From the IMG/VR virus record IMGVR_UViG_2645727712_000001: DNA of 64,000 nucleotides, one strand, 5' to 3'. The DNA comes from an uncultured virus (IMG/VR IMGVR_UViG_2645727712_000001) (lineage: Duplodnaviria; Heunggongvirae; Uroviricota; Caudoviricetes). Position 1 is the stretch's first letter; each line of letters opens with the position of its first letter. This document shows, one piece after another, positions 20,269 to 29,800 of this stretch. The notes beneath the pieces are model-generated. The model worked only from the letters and a program-made list of their open reading frames with translations, searched no databases and was not told the origin of the DNA. A program made the position numbers and the translations under genes.

Positions 20269-21399
20269 ATGCTTAAGGTGTTCATGAGCTACACCAAGGT
20301 CGACCAAGACCGGGTCAAACCTTTTTTCCAAAGAATCAAGGACCTAGGATTCGATCCTTGGATGGACTGCGAGAAGCTGCTTCCTGGCCAGAATTGGTCT
20401 CCTCAGATTGACCAAGCGTTGGCGGAAGCCAACGTAGTTATGCTGTTCATTAGCAAGGCAAGCTTGAACAAAAGAGGCTTTGTGCAGCGCGAGGCAAACC
20501 AAGCCTTCGAGAACCTCAAGAGTAAACTCCCGCAGGATATCTATATAATTCCGCTGCTTCTGGAGCCGTGCGAAGTTCCTCAGCATATTGCGGACAGGTT
20601 GCAGTTCATTGAGATCACTACTGAGCAGGCTTGGTCAAAAATAACAGCGTCCCTTGAATTAGCATCCATCCAGCAGCAAGTTCTCATTGAGAAAGGCGCT
20701 AAGCATGGCTCATTTCAAGTCTTCGAAGAAGCTCTTGCAGAAAAGTGGCAGGCAAATCCTGGCTATGACACACAGATAAGTTATCCGCGTTTCGAATCCC
20801 AAAATCATCAAGACGCTGCTCTAGCATTAACTGAATTTTTCAAGGGTCGTGCTGCTAGAATACTGATTGAAAATCGGGTTAAGCCTTGGGAACAAAATAC
20901 CGAGCCTGCTTTTTTCGGTTCAGACAATGGCCGCTGGGATACTTATTCAGTAACCAGCTCCGGTCAGAATTTTATATCCGTGACTTATACTGCTGGATGG
21001 TACGGCGCAGGCGCCGCCCATCCTAATAGTCACTATGAGTGTTATAATTTTTTAATACACGAATCTAAGATTTATCAAATATCTTTAAAAGATCTATTTA
21101 GTGATTGGCAAGCGGCACGAGAACCACTCATTAGATTAATCATCAAACAGTTACAGAAGGCGTTTTGGGAGCGAACAGACGAATTCCCTAGCGGAGAGGA
21201 TCAGCGCTGGATAGAAAGCGGAGTTGGCATAGTCGATACCGACTGCTTCGCCTTAACTGACACTGATATCATTTTTTTCTACAGCCCTTACGAAGTAGGC
21301 CCCTACGCCCTTGGCAGCTTTTCCGCCACGGTAGCTTTACAGAGCATTCAAGATTTCATTGAACCCAACTACGCAACGCTTTTGGCTCACGGAAATTGA
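20269..21399 (+). CDS. TIR domain fused to an RsiV/DUF4163-DUF3298-like domain
   Basis: VFMSY, PWMD..LLPGQNW..I, FVQRE, IIPLLLE (TIR); ISYPRF, YGAGAAHPNS...YNF, FALT...FFYSPYEVGPYALG (RsiV-like). Confidence 0.85.
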   Translation: MLKVFMSYTKVDQDRVKPFFQRIKDLGFDPWMDCEKLLPGQNWSPQIDQALAEANVVMLFISKASLNKRGFVQREANQAFENLKSKLPQDIYIIPLLLEPCEVPQHIADRLQFIEITTEQAWSKITASLELASIQQQVLIEKGAKHGSFQVFEEALAEKWQANPGYDTQISYPRFESQNHQDAALALTEFFKGRAARILIENRVKPWEQNTEPAFFGSDNGRWDTYSVTSSGQNFISVTYTAGWYGAGAAHPNSHYECYNFLIHESKIYQISLKDLFSDWQAAREPLIRLIIKQLQKAFWERTDEFPSGEDQRWIESGVGIVDTDCFALTDTDIIFFYSPYEVGPYALGSFSATVALQSIQDFIEPNYATLLAHGN

Positions 21400-21899
21400 A
21401 TAGCATTGTCGGTTAGGGCGTCATACTCTATTTGGCACTGCTTCCCGGCTATTCGGGCACGGTCATAAGCCTTCGCCAGCTCTCCCGCTCGAGCATCAGC
21501 CCGTGCGAGCAGGTCGGAGAGCACCATGGCGGCGCGGGTGGCTGCCTGGCCTCGGGCGACAACGGCGGTATCCGTGCCGGGGCAACTGACGGCGGCGGCG
21601 AGCTTGACGCCTTCGTTGCGCAGCCGCTGGCCAGCAGCATCGGCGTCAGCAGCGTCAGCATCAGCCACCTTGTGTTGTTCGTATGCATGAACTCTTGCCT
21701 CCTCCTGCGCCTGGGCGCGTTGATGTTCCTGCTGACGGGCGCCGCGCTCGCCGATCACCTCCGCAAGACGGTCGCCGCTATCGCGCTTGGCCGACACTTG
21801 GCCAGCCTGCGCCTGCTCTACACTCCGGCCGTGCTCGTAGGCGCGCCAGTGGCTGGCCACCAGGACCACGGCAACCGCCAAGCCAACCCAGGGGCTCAT
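21387..21899 (-). CDS. Rz-like inner spanin (DUF2514-like)
   Basis: N-terminal TM plus helical region, directly downstream of the endolysin. Confidence 0.8.
   Translation of the reverse strand: MSPWVGLAVAVVLVASHWRAYEHGRSVEQAQAGQVSAKRDSGDRLAEVIGERGARQQEHQRAQAQEEARVHAYEQHKVADADAADADAAGQRLRNEGVKLAAAVSCPGTDTAVVARGQAATRAAMVLSDLLARADARAGELAKAYDRARIAGKQCQIEYDALTDNAIQFP
21449..21688 (-). CDS. Rz1-like outer spanin lipoprotein embedded in Rz
   Basis: AGGAGGAGG RBS, LLASGC lipobox, Pro-rich, alternate frame inside Rz. Confidence 0.8.
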   Translation of the reverse strand: MHTNNTRWLMLTLLTPMLLASGCATKASSSPPPSVAPARIPPLSPEARQPPAPPWCSPTCSHGLMLERESWRRLMTVPE

Positions 21900-22342
21900 G
21901 CCAGGGCCCGCCTAATGCCCTCTTCGATCAACGCGGACGGATAGGGGTTGATGCCGTTCTCATGCACGATGATGCCGACCACAAGCTCGCGCAGGATCTG
22001 CGGCTTGGAGATGTCGATCGAGTCGCGCACACCGACGCCCAGACGCTTGGCGATGGCTTGAGCATAGGCATTGGTGTCGTTCTCGCTCGCCGGCGCCCAA
22101 CGATTGATGAACTCCAGCGGCGTGTCGATACCAGACCGGCCAACGCCGGGCATCCCATCCTTGCCCCGATAGTTAAGCAGCAGCTTGCCCAGGGCGCGAA
22201 TGCCGTTTTCTGGGTGGTCGAAGCGGGCAAAGCGCGGGTTGGCCACGCCTACCTCAGTGCCCAGCTGCCCTTGCCAGGCGTTGCGCGGGTTGTAGTCGAT
22301 GTTCCCTGGGTTGTTGTTGCGGACACCGCGTGGTGTGGTCAT
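21896..22342 (-). CDS. putative endolysin (RNNNPGNI family)
   Basis: RGVRNNNPGNI, GIRAL, RWAPASENDT.AY; position upstream of the spanins. Confidence 0.7.
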   Translation of the reverse strand: MTTPRGVRNNNPGNIDYNPRNAWQGQLGTEVGVANPRFARFDHPENGIRALGKLLLNYRGKDGMPGVGRSGIDTPLEFINRWAPASENDTNAYAQAIAKRLGVGVRDSIDISKPQILRELVVGIIVHENGINPYPSALIEEGIRRALA

Positions 22343-22444
22343 AGGTTTTCTCCGGACGAAAAAAAGCCCGCGCTGGGCGGGCCGGATGTGCCTTATTTGT
22401 TGCACGAACGTCCAATCTGCATCATCCGTTACGCGAGACTGGGT

Positions 22445-22642
22445 ATGAAAAATGGATTTTTAGCACTAGCGCTGTTCAGCTGGCTGCTTACTGGTTGCTC
22501 CCACTTCTCCAACAGCACCTACGGGAGCACCACCAACAAGCATGATATTGCGTGCGATGACAATCCTCCGAATCAACCGGGCTGCTACAACCGGCAGTAT
22601 CAGGAAGGCATCCTCAACAAGCTGCTCGACTCGCTTTCTTGA
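22445..22642 (+). CDS. moron lipoprotein, CDxxPxNQPGCY family
   Basis: LLTGC lipobox; CDDNPPNQPGCY...QEGILNKLL. Confidence 0.75.
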   Translation: MKNGFLALALFSWLLTGCSHFSNSTYGSTTNKHDIACDDNPPNQPGCYNRQYQEGILNKLLDSLS

Positions 22643-22724
22643 ATCACTGGTGGTCTCTGAGATCTACGTCCCTACCCGCCACTGCTAAGCGATACGATGG
22701 TGCAATCTATGGAAGGAATTTCTT

Positions 22725-22934
22725 ATGAAGCGTGTTGCTGTATCACTCATATTCACCGCGCTGGCGGGCTGCTCTCACTATAGCTCCAGCGATGACACTA
22801 CAGAGGTAGGCTCGAAGGGATACACCGTTCGGTGTGATGCTTCGCCTGCTAACCAGCCAGGCTGCTATGAGCCACCTCCGTCTTTCAACTGGTGGCCAAC
22901 CGATAAACTGAAGTTTCAAATCGGCAGGAAATGA
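22725..22934 (+). CDS. moron lipoprotein, CDxxPxNQPGCY family
   Basis: LAGC lipobox; CDASPANQPGCY. Confidence 0.75.
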   Translation: MKRVAVSLIFTALAGCSHYSSSDDTTEVGSKGYTVRCDASPANQPGCYEPPPSFNWWPTDKLKFQIGRK

Positions 22935-23028
22935 GAGGCACCGCTACTAGCGCATGAGGCGCTGTGGAAAGTAACTCGACAGGCACAAATTGCCCACGCC
23001 GAGCGGGCTGTATGGTGAAGCGTGGGGC

Positions 23029-23256
23029 TCAGGCCTCGGTGCTCTCGTCCGGTACCGGATCGGGCTTGGCTGGCTCGCTGCCAGTGATCACGACTTCGGC
23101 AGTGAACTCCTCGAGGAGCTCGGCTGTAACGAACCGGTGGCTGGGGAACTGGAGCAGGCCGGCTTGAATACGCTCCTTGGCCTGCTCCAGGGTGTTGAAT
23201 CGGGTCTTGTTGTCAGGGTCGTAATCGTTGGTAAGGTTGATGGCTACATAGGGCAT
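23029..23256 (-). CDS. phage hypothetical protein
   Basis: GGAG RBS, co-oriented with the late operon. Confidence 0.65.
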   Translation of the reverse strand: MPYVAINLTNDYDPDNKTRFNTLEQAKERIQAGLLQFPSHRFVTAELLEEFTAEVVITGSEPAKPDPVPDESTEA

Positions 23257-23314
23257 GGTTTATCTCCAGGCAAAAAAATGCCCGCGCGTGGCAGGCTTGA
23301 GAGGTGGTTAACTG

Positions 23315-23485
23315 TCAGGTCTTGGGGTATTGCTGCTTTACTCGTCGGATCGTGGAATAGAACGGCTCGGCCTTGGGCATTGTTCCTTGGTCCATCGCAT
23401 GCCAAAGCATGTCCAGCTGTTCCTCGATCGCCGGGTAGTCAGTGGCCCGGGCTTTGGCATGGTCACTTTTGTGCTCGATTTTCAA
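23315..23485 (-). CDS. small tail-associated protein (56 aa)
   Basis: TTG start overlapping the upstream gene; DYPAIEEQLDMLWHAM...VKQQYPKT; manual translation. Confidence 0.65.
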   Translation of the reverse strand: MKIEHKSDHAKARATDYPAIEEQLDMLWHAMDQGTMPKAEPFYSTIRRVKQQYPKT

Positions 23486-23849
23486 CGCTCAATACCTCGC
23501 TCTGGTAAGGCCATAGGTCGATCACGACCTCGTACTCGCCGGGCAGGCTGAAGCCCAACTCGATGTCGCTGCCGTCGGCGGTGTACTCCACGCCCTCAAT
23601 GTTGAGCACCGCATTGGCGGGCACGCCTTTGAGGGTCATCCCAACCAGCTGCAGTGCCATCTTCGGTCGAGGCACGATCTTGCCCGCGCTGACGAACTGC
23701 TCGAGCTCGCTGGCCCGGGCGAACAGATAGGAGAATCCTGTTCGCTTCGCGTTGAGCTCCGCCTCGAGCCGGGACATGTAGCCCCGCATACGGATTTCTC
23801 CGCGCTCGTTGTAGAGCACTACCTCCCCGGCAGGGGGTGACTGGGTCAT
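23463..23849 (-). CDS. tail-associated protein
   Basis: ATGA overlap with the gpJ stop. Confidence 0.7.
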   Translation of the reverse strand: MTQSPPAGEVVLYNERGEIRMRGYMSRLEAELNAKRTGFSYLFARASELEQFVSAGKIVPRPKMALQLVGMTLKGVPANAVLNIEGVEYTADGSDIELGFSLPGEYEVVIDLWPYQSEVLSVENRAQK

Positions 23850-26800
23850 CTCATGATTCCTTGTACCATAAGGTTCTGATAGGAGAGCACCACGCCCACC
23901 GCCCCCAGTATCGAAAAATCAACCGTGTGCTGGCCTGCTCCCACGTACTGACCAGAGGCCAGGGTGATGGAGCTGTCCGACCAGTTCGCGACAGATTCAG
24001 CGATCATGTTTCCATCCAGGACCAAGCGGTACTGATAGAACTGGGTACCGTTCGAGAGGAACGTCGAGCAGTAGTTGATGTAAACCATGCCTGGCTGAGG
24101 CATGTAAAACGTGATGGTCAGTGGCGTTTGCCAACTGCCGTTGCAGTTGAAGCGAGGGGCATAGCCAGCGTATCGGGGGATGGTCACTGCCTCGTTACCG
24201 ATCTTGAGCGTGTCCACCTGTAGGTTGCCGATCTTCGAGTTGGTGATAGCCGCGTCTTGGATCTGGGCGTTGGCTATCGCACCGTTGGCGATCTTGGCGG
24301 TACCAATACTCGCGTTCCGGATGTAGGCGTCGGAGATGAACGTCTGCCCGCCAACCACGGAGAATGGCGACGAAAGCCCTCCCCCGTTGGCGTTCAGCAG
24401 CACGAACTGGTCCGAATAGACCACGAAGGCCGATTGCACCACCCCGTTTTGCTCGTTGATGCCGATGCCGAACCCGCCCCAATGGTGCACGCCCATTTGG
24501 TTGTTGATCTGCACACGCATGGTGTACTGGGCGTTGAGCATCCCTTTCATGTCGGACTGCGCTGTAGCGACCTGCTGAACAGCAGCATTGGCGTTACCCG
24601 CCGTTGCCTGGGCCGTTTCAACGCGCTTGGACAGAGCGCCATCGGCATCGGCCCGCGCTTGAACCTCACTCTGAACAGCCGCCGCCGCTTCATTGGCTTT
24701 CGCCTGGGCGGTGTTGATCCGAGTGCTCAGGGCTGAGTCGGCAGTGGCGCGAGCAGTCGTTTCATCCTGAATCGCTGAATTGGCGTTGCCTACGGACGTA
24801 TACAGACCGTTGATACGCTGAGTCTCTGCTGCCAGCTTGTCGCCTTGCTGTGAAACGTTGACGCTGAGCGAATCGAACGCCCTGCCTGATGCAGCTACTG
24901 ACCTCCGACCGGCTGCGATATAGGCAATGTCCACTTCGCCACTGGCATCAGTCGAGTTGTACATGTCCAGGCGTATGGCCCAGATCTTCTTCCCACTCCA
25001 GCCAGCATGGCCAGAGAGGTCGAGCTCAATGTCCTGCCAGTCTGCACTCGAGGTATTGATAGGCCAGTTGAATCGCCGAGCCTCGGCAAGTCCACCATCC
25101 TCGTTTGCCCAGTACATGGCCGCACTCGCCCGGCCGGTGTTGCGACGGCGCAGTCTGATGCGGATCAGCGGGTTCTCGGCACCATCGATAACCGGGAATG
25201 TGTTGGTAACCTGGATGGTCGTGAACTTGGCGACAGTTGCGTATTGAGGGCCAGCAGTCAGGGTTGCCCCGGATGTATTGGCCTTCCAACCCTCGACTGA
25301 GTTTGTAAACTCCCAGGTTTGCCCAGCCACGAATGGCAGAGCGTTGCCTATCTTCGCCTCCAGGCTGGTGATGCTGCTGGACTGAGCCGTCAACCCGCTT
25401 TCTGTAGCAGCGACGCGGTTGGCCACGCTGGTCAGCGCTGCGGTCGACGCCTTGCTGGCCAGGCCTGTGGAGCCGCTATTGACGCTGTTCTCCAAGCTGG
25501 TCGTTCTGCCAGACACAGAGGTGATGTCTTTACCCTGCTGGCTAACGCTGGAGGTCAGACCATCAACTGCCGTAGATACGGCGCCGATAGCGTTGCTATT
25601 AACTTGGCCATTGTCGCGCCAGCCCGTGGGGCGTGAACCGTACTCGATTTGTGGCCTGGCCACTTCGAACGTACCGGCCACTGTTCCACCAATCGCCGCG
25701 TGGGCCCGGTAGAAGACCCGAACCTTGGCAGCACCTGTCGGAGCGACCGATGTGAACGATATGCGGTCGCCGTCGACAGTCATCGGGACAACTGCCGTCG
25801 CAGGCGCGTTGATTACGGTACCGGCGGCGTTGATCCACTGGTGAAAAATCCTCATCCCCAAGTCGCCGGAATCTGACGTCTTCCGTACGTAGATCGACGA
25901 GCTGACAGTTTGACCAGGCGCAACTGCAGGTGCTCTCTCACTGGCTGTGACCAGCGAAGTGTACGGGTTACCTGATGCCGTGCTGCCAACGCCGGTAGTG
26001 CTGCATCGATATGCATTTTCAGCAGCGTTCAGCCAGGAACTGACCATTGACGGCGTATAGGTTGCCGTCCCTTCCGGTACCCATCCGTCAGGGTTGCTCC
26101 CTGTAGCCGCTCCAAGTTTTGTGAAAGCTGGGTTGTAGAACAGGTTTTCCCCGCCCACGTCGCCGATCGAGTTGTCCAGCTTAGTTAGCCGACCACTGAC
26201 TGATGTCAGCCCCTCCTCCGTGCTGGATACGCGACCGGTCACGCTGCTGATCGCTACGGCGTTTGCTTGCGCTGCGCTTTGGGCGTTCTTGGCGTTGTCC
26301 TTCCAGGCACTGACTACGGTAGATAATTCTGCCTGGGCGCGATCAATCTCGTAGTAGCCGTCACTGACGGTACCACCCAAAGGCCCTCTGACGCGTAAAA
26401 GGAGGTCTGCCCCAATCGTCCCATCTGGAGCAGGAGCGCCCGTGAAGACTGGCCGGTTCCATGCGTCGCTCAGAATGGTTCGAAGCGGCCCATGCGTCCC
26501 AACCGTGGCCCCACCGCTGTTCTTGTATTGCAGGTAGATTTCGCTGACCAGATCCTGGGTTCCCCGGACATGCGCCGACACTGTCAGCACCTGCCCTGGC
26601 GCCATGGAAACCCAGCTTGCGTTCGGTAGCGCAACGTCCACATACGCAGAGCCGGACAGCCCCTTGGCATCGACACGCTGCGCTCTACCGCGAGGATCCA
26701 AGGTTGACGGAACCAACGACAGTAGCCGATTAGGTGCAGCCAGCGAGGAGCCGACCCGCCAGCCATCAGCAAGGCCGGCAGTTGGCCCCTCTACCTCAAA

Positions 26801-29800
26801 CGAAGGGTTAGGCAATAGGTTCTCACCGCCAACCTGGCCAAGAGATGCATTGATGCCAGTGATCGCCTCGCCAGCGGCGGTGATGGCCGTGCCCTGTTGC
26901 TCTACCTTATTCGTGAGGCTCTGAACGGTAGAGGCATCAGCCTTTGTCGCTACCTGGCTCAGGGCATTGGCCGCTGCTGCTGCAGCGTCCGTGGCTACCT
27001 TGTCCGAAACTGCCTGCCATGCAGAGCCGTTCCAACGCTTCGGTGTGTTCCCACCCCCTGTGGTATCAATCCAAAGGTTCTGGATCTGCTGGTTGATGGC
27101 TGAAGGTGCTGAGTTTTGGACGATCACCTTGCCCTTGGCATCAGCAAGGCTGTATGCGTCTTGGGCAGCCTTCTGCGCGGCTGACACATTACCGTTGGTG
27201 GTATTGAGCCCACCCTGCAAGCTCACGATCGACTGGCCCTGGCTGGACAGCTTTCCTTCGGCTTCGGTGACCGCGTTGCTCAGGCTGGAGACGGCTTCTG
27301 CCGAGGCCGAGGCGGAACGCCTACCAACGGCGATATAGGCGATATCGATCTCGCCGCTTGTATCGCCGGAGTTCATCATGTCCAGGCGGATGGCGTAGAT
27401 TTTCTTGCTGTTCCACCCGGCATGGCCAGATAGGTCAAGCTCAATGTCCTGCCAATCCGTGGTGGTGGTGCTGATGAACCACCCAAAGCGCCTTGCCTCG
27501 GCCAACCCGCCGTCTTCGTTTGCCCAGTACATCTGGGCACCCGCCCGGCTGGTATTACGTCGGCGTAGCCTGATCCGTAGATAGGGGTTCTCTGCGCCTG
27601 CAACGACTGGGGTGAAATTGCACTGAAGGTTCGGGTTTGCAGTCACGGTAGCAAACAACGGACCTGCGGTTATCATCCCGTTAGTAGCGGTCGCCACCCA
27701 GCCCTTGGTCGAGCCGGTGAACTCCCAAGCACGGCCAGCCACGAATGGCTGGGCGGCACCAACACTGTTTTTCAGCTGCGTGATGTCAGTGCTCTGGCTG
27801 CTTATCGCCCCTTCGGCAACTTCCACTCGGTTACCCAGCGACTGCACAGCCGAGGCATCAGCCTTCTTGCTCACGCTGTCGGTCAGCGACGTAAGCGCCT
27901 GGCTTTGCGAGCTGATGAGCTGATCTTGGGCCTTGTCCTTGTCTTCGGTCGCCGTCACGCGGCTTGTGACCTGCTGCAGCGCCTGCGAACTGGCCTTGCC
28001 GTCGATGCTGGTCTGCATGCCGTCCATGCGAGTAGCTTGCGACGTGAGCTTGCCCTCGGCATCGCTGACGCGGGTGGTCAGGCTGCTGACTACCGAGGCA
28101 TCGGCTTTGGTCTGGGCCAGAGCCAGTGCGCCAGCGGCAGCTGCCGCTGCATCGGTGGCCACCTTGTCCGTCACTGCGACCCAAGCCGAACCGTTCCAAC
28201 GCTTCGGCGTGTTGGCATTGCTGGTGGTATCGATCCAGAGGTTCTGCGCCAGGCGGTCAGCGACGGCAGGCGCGGCCGATTGAACGATGACCTTGCCCTT
28301 CCCGCCTGCCAGCGTGGCCGCATCCTGAGCAGCCTGCTGGGCAGCCGAGACGTTGCCGTTTGTGGTGGTCAGGCTCGATTGCAGCCCGCTGATCTGAGAC
28401 GCCTGGGCGGTCACCTTGTCATCCAGCGTGGATACATCGGTCTCGACCTTCGAAACCCGCGCAGCCATGCCGTTGGCAGTCACTACCGCCTGGCCAACAT
28501 CGGTCCAGTATGTGGCGTTCGGCGGTGGCGTGTTCAGCGGTACCGCTTTCAGGGCCTGGTACAACTTGCCATCGCTGCCCAGGGCGCTTTGGCCGACGCT
28601 GTAGGCCTTGTCCTTGCGGTATGGCAGAGAACCGGCCAGGGCCGAGACGTTCGCAATCTGCTGCTGCAGCTCGGTCTTGGCAGCGGAAACGTCCGCGCTG
28701 ACGGCCGTGATTTGCTGCTCAAGGTTGCCCTTCACGGTGCCAAGGGCGTTGTTCACCTCGCTGATCTGCTTGGCCAACTCGGCTTTGGCAGTACCCAGGC
28801 GCTCGTTCACTGAACCCGGGCCGTTGCCGTCAATGAGCGCAATCTTCTCGATCTTGCTGGTGAGCTCCTTGCCGAGCTCGCTTTCGCCGATCTGCTTGGC
28901 AATCTGCTCGAGGATAGGACCGGCGTCGGCGCTGGCCTGGCCCTTAATCCCCGGTGCATCGACCGGAAACCAAGAACCGATGTTGCCAGAGCGATCGACC
29001 AAGCGCGCCCAGAAGTAGAACGTCTGGCCAGCGCGTAAGCCCTGCAGGATGTGGTCGGCCTGCGGGTAGGCCAGATCTGTCAGTTTCGTGGCTGCTGCCA
29101 GGTCTGAGCCCGGCCCGTACCACAGTTCTGCACGCTGAGTATCGCTGGCACCGGCTGGGTAACCGATAGTGACCTTGATCCCGAAAATCAAGCTTTCAGC
29201 GCGCAGGAACGTCACCGCCGGCGGCGGCGTCGTTTTGCCGGCAACCTCCGTCAGGGCTGAGGTGGTCGGGATGGAAGCCACATCCATGGCACTGACCGCG
29301 CGCACACGGGCCAAGTACTGACCGGCATAGACCCCACGTACATCAGCGGTGAGCTGGCCAGTTCTCGGCATCCTCACCCAGTCACGGGAGCCCCACCGCC
29401 ATTCAACGTCGTAGGCCCCAGCACCAGGCGCCGCATCCCAGGAGATGGACATGGTGGTGACCGCAATGCCCTGGTCCACAGCGGAGTGGCTGCCGATCAG
29501 CACGCGCGCGGGTGCATCTTGCACGCCCGGGGGAAGCACGCTGATGGGCCGGTCATCAATGATGGTACCGAAATCGATAGCGTCGAATTTCCCCGGCTCA
29601 TACTGGATGCACTCCAGCTGAAACTGGTGCCACTCCGGCCGGGTGATGTTGCGGACGTAGAACTGCATGACCTTGAGGTCGTCGAAGTCCAGCACCCAGG
29701 CACACTCAGGCTGCGGCGCCTCGCTGAATTCAGCTACCACGGTGATCTGGCGACCGGTCACAGAACGGATCTGGCGAACCTCGGACCTGCCGCTAGGCAG

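Noticed and set aside
18280..21399. Thoeris or another named TIR system
   Set aside because: No SIR2/Macro effector, cyclase or Argonaute partner is present
21683..22642. 319-aa plus-strand ORF
   Set aside because: Only the last 65 aa (ATG 22445, lipoprotein) are credible; the rest is antisense to Rz and the endolysin
24900..28340. J-gene repeats as a diversity-generating retroelement TR/VR pair
   Set aside because: Both copies are in frame within one gene, the differences are not adenine-specific, and no reverse transcriptase is present
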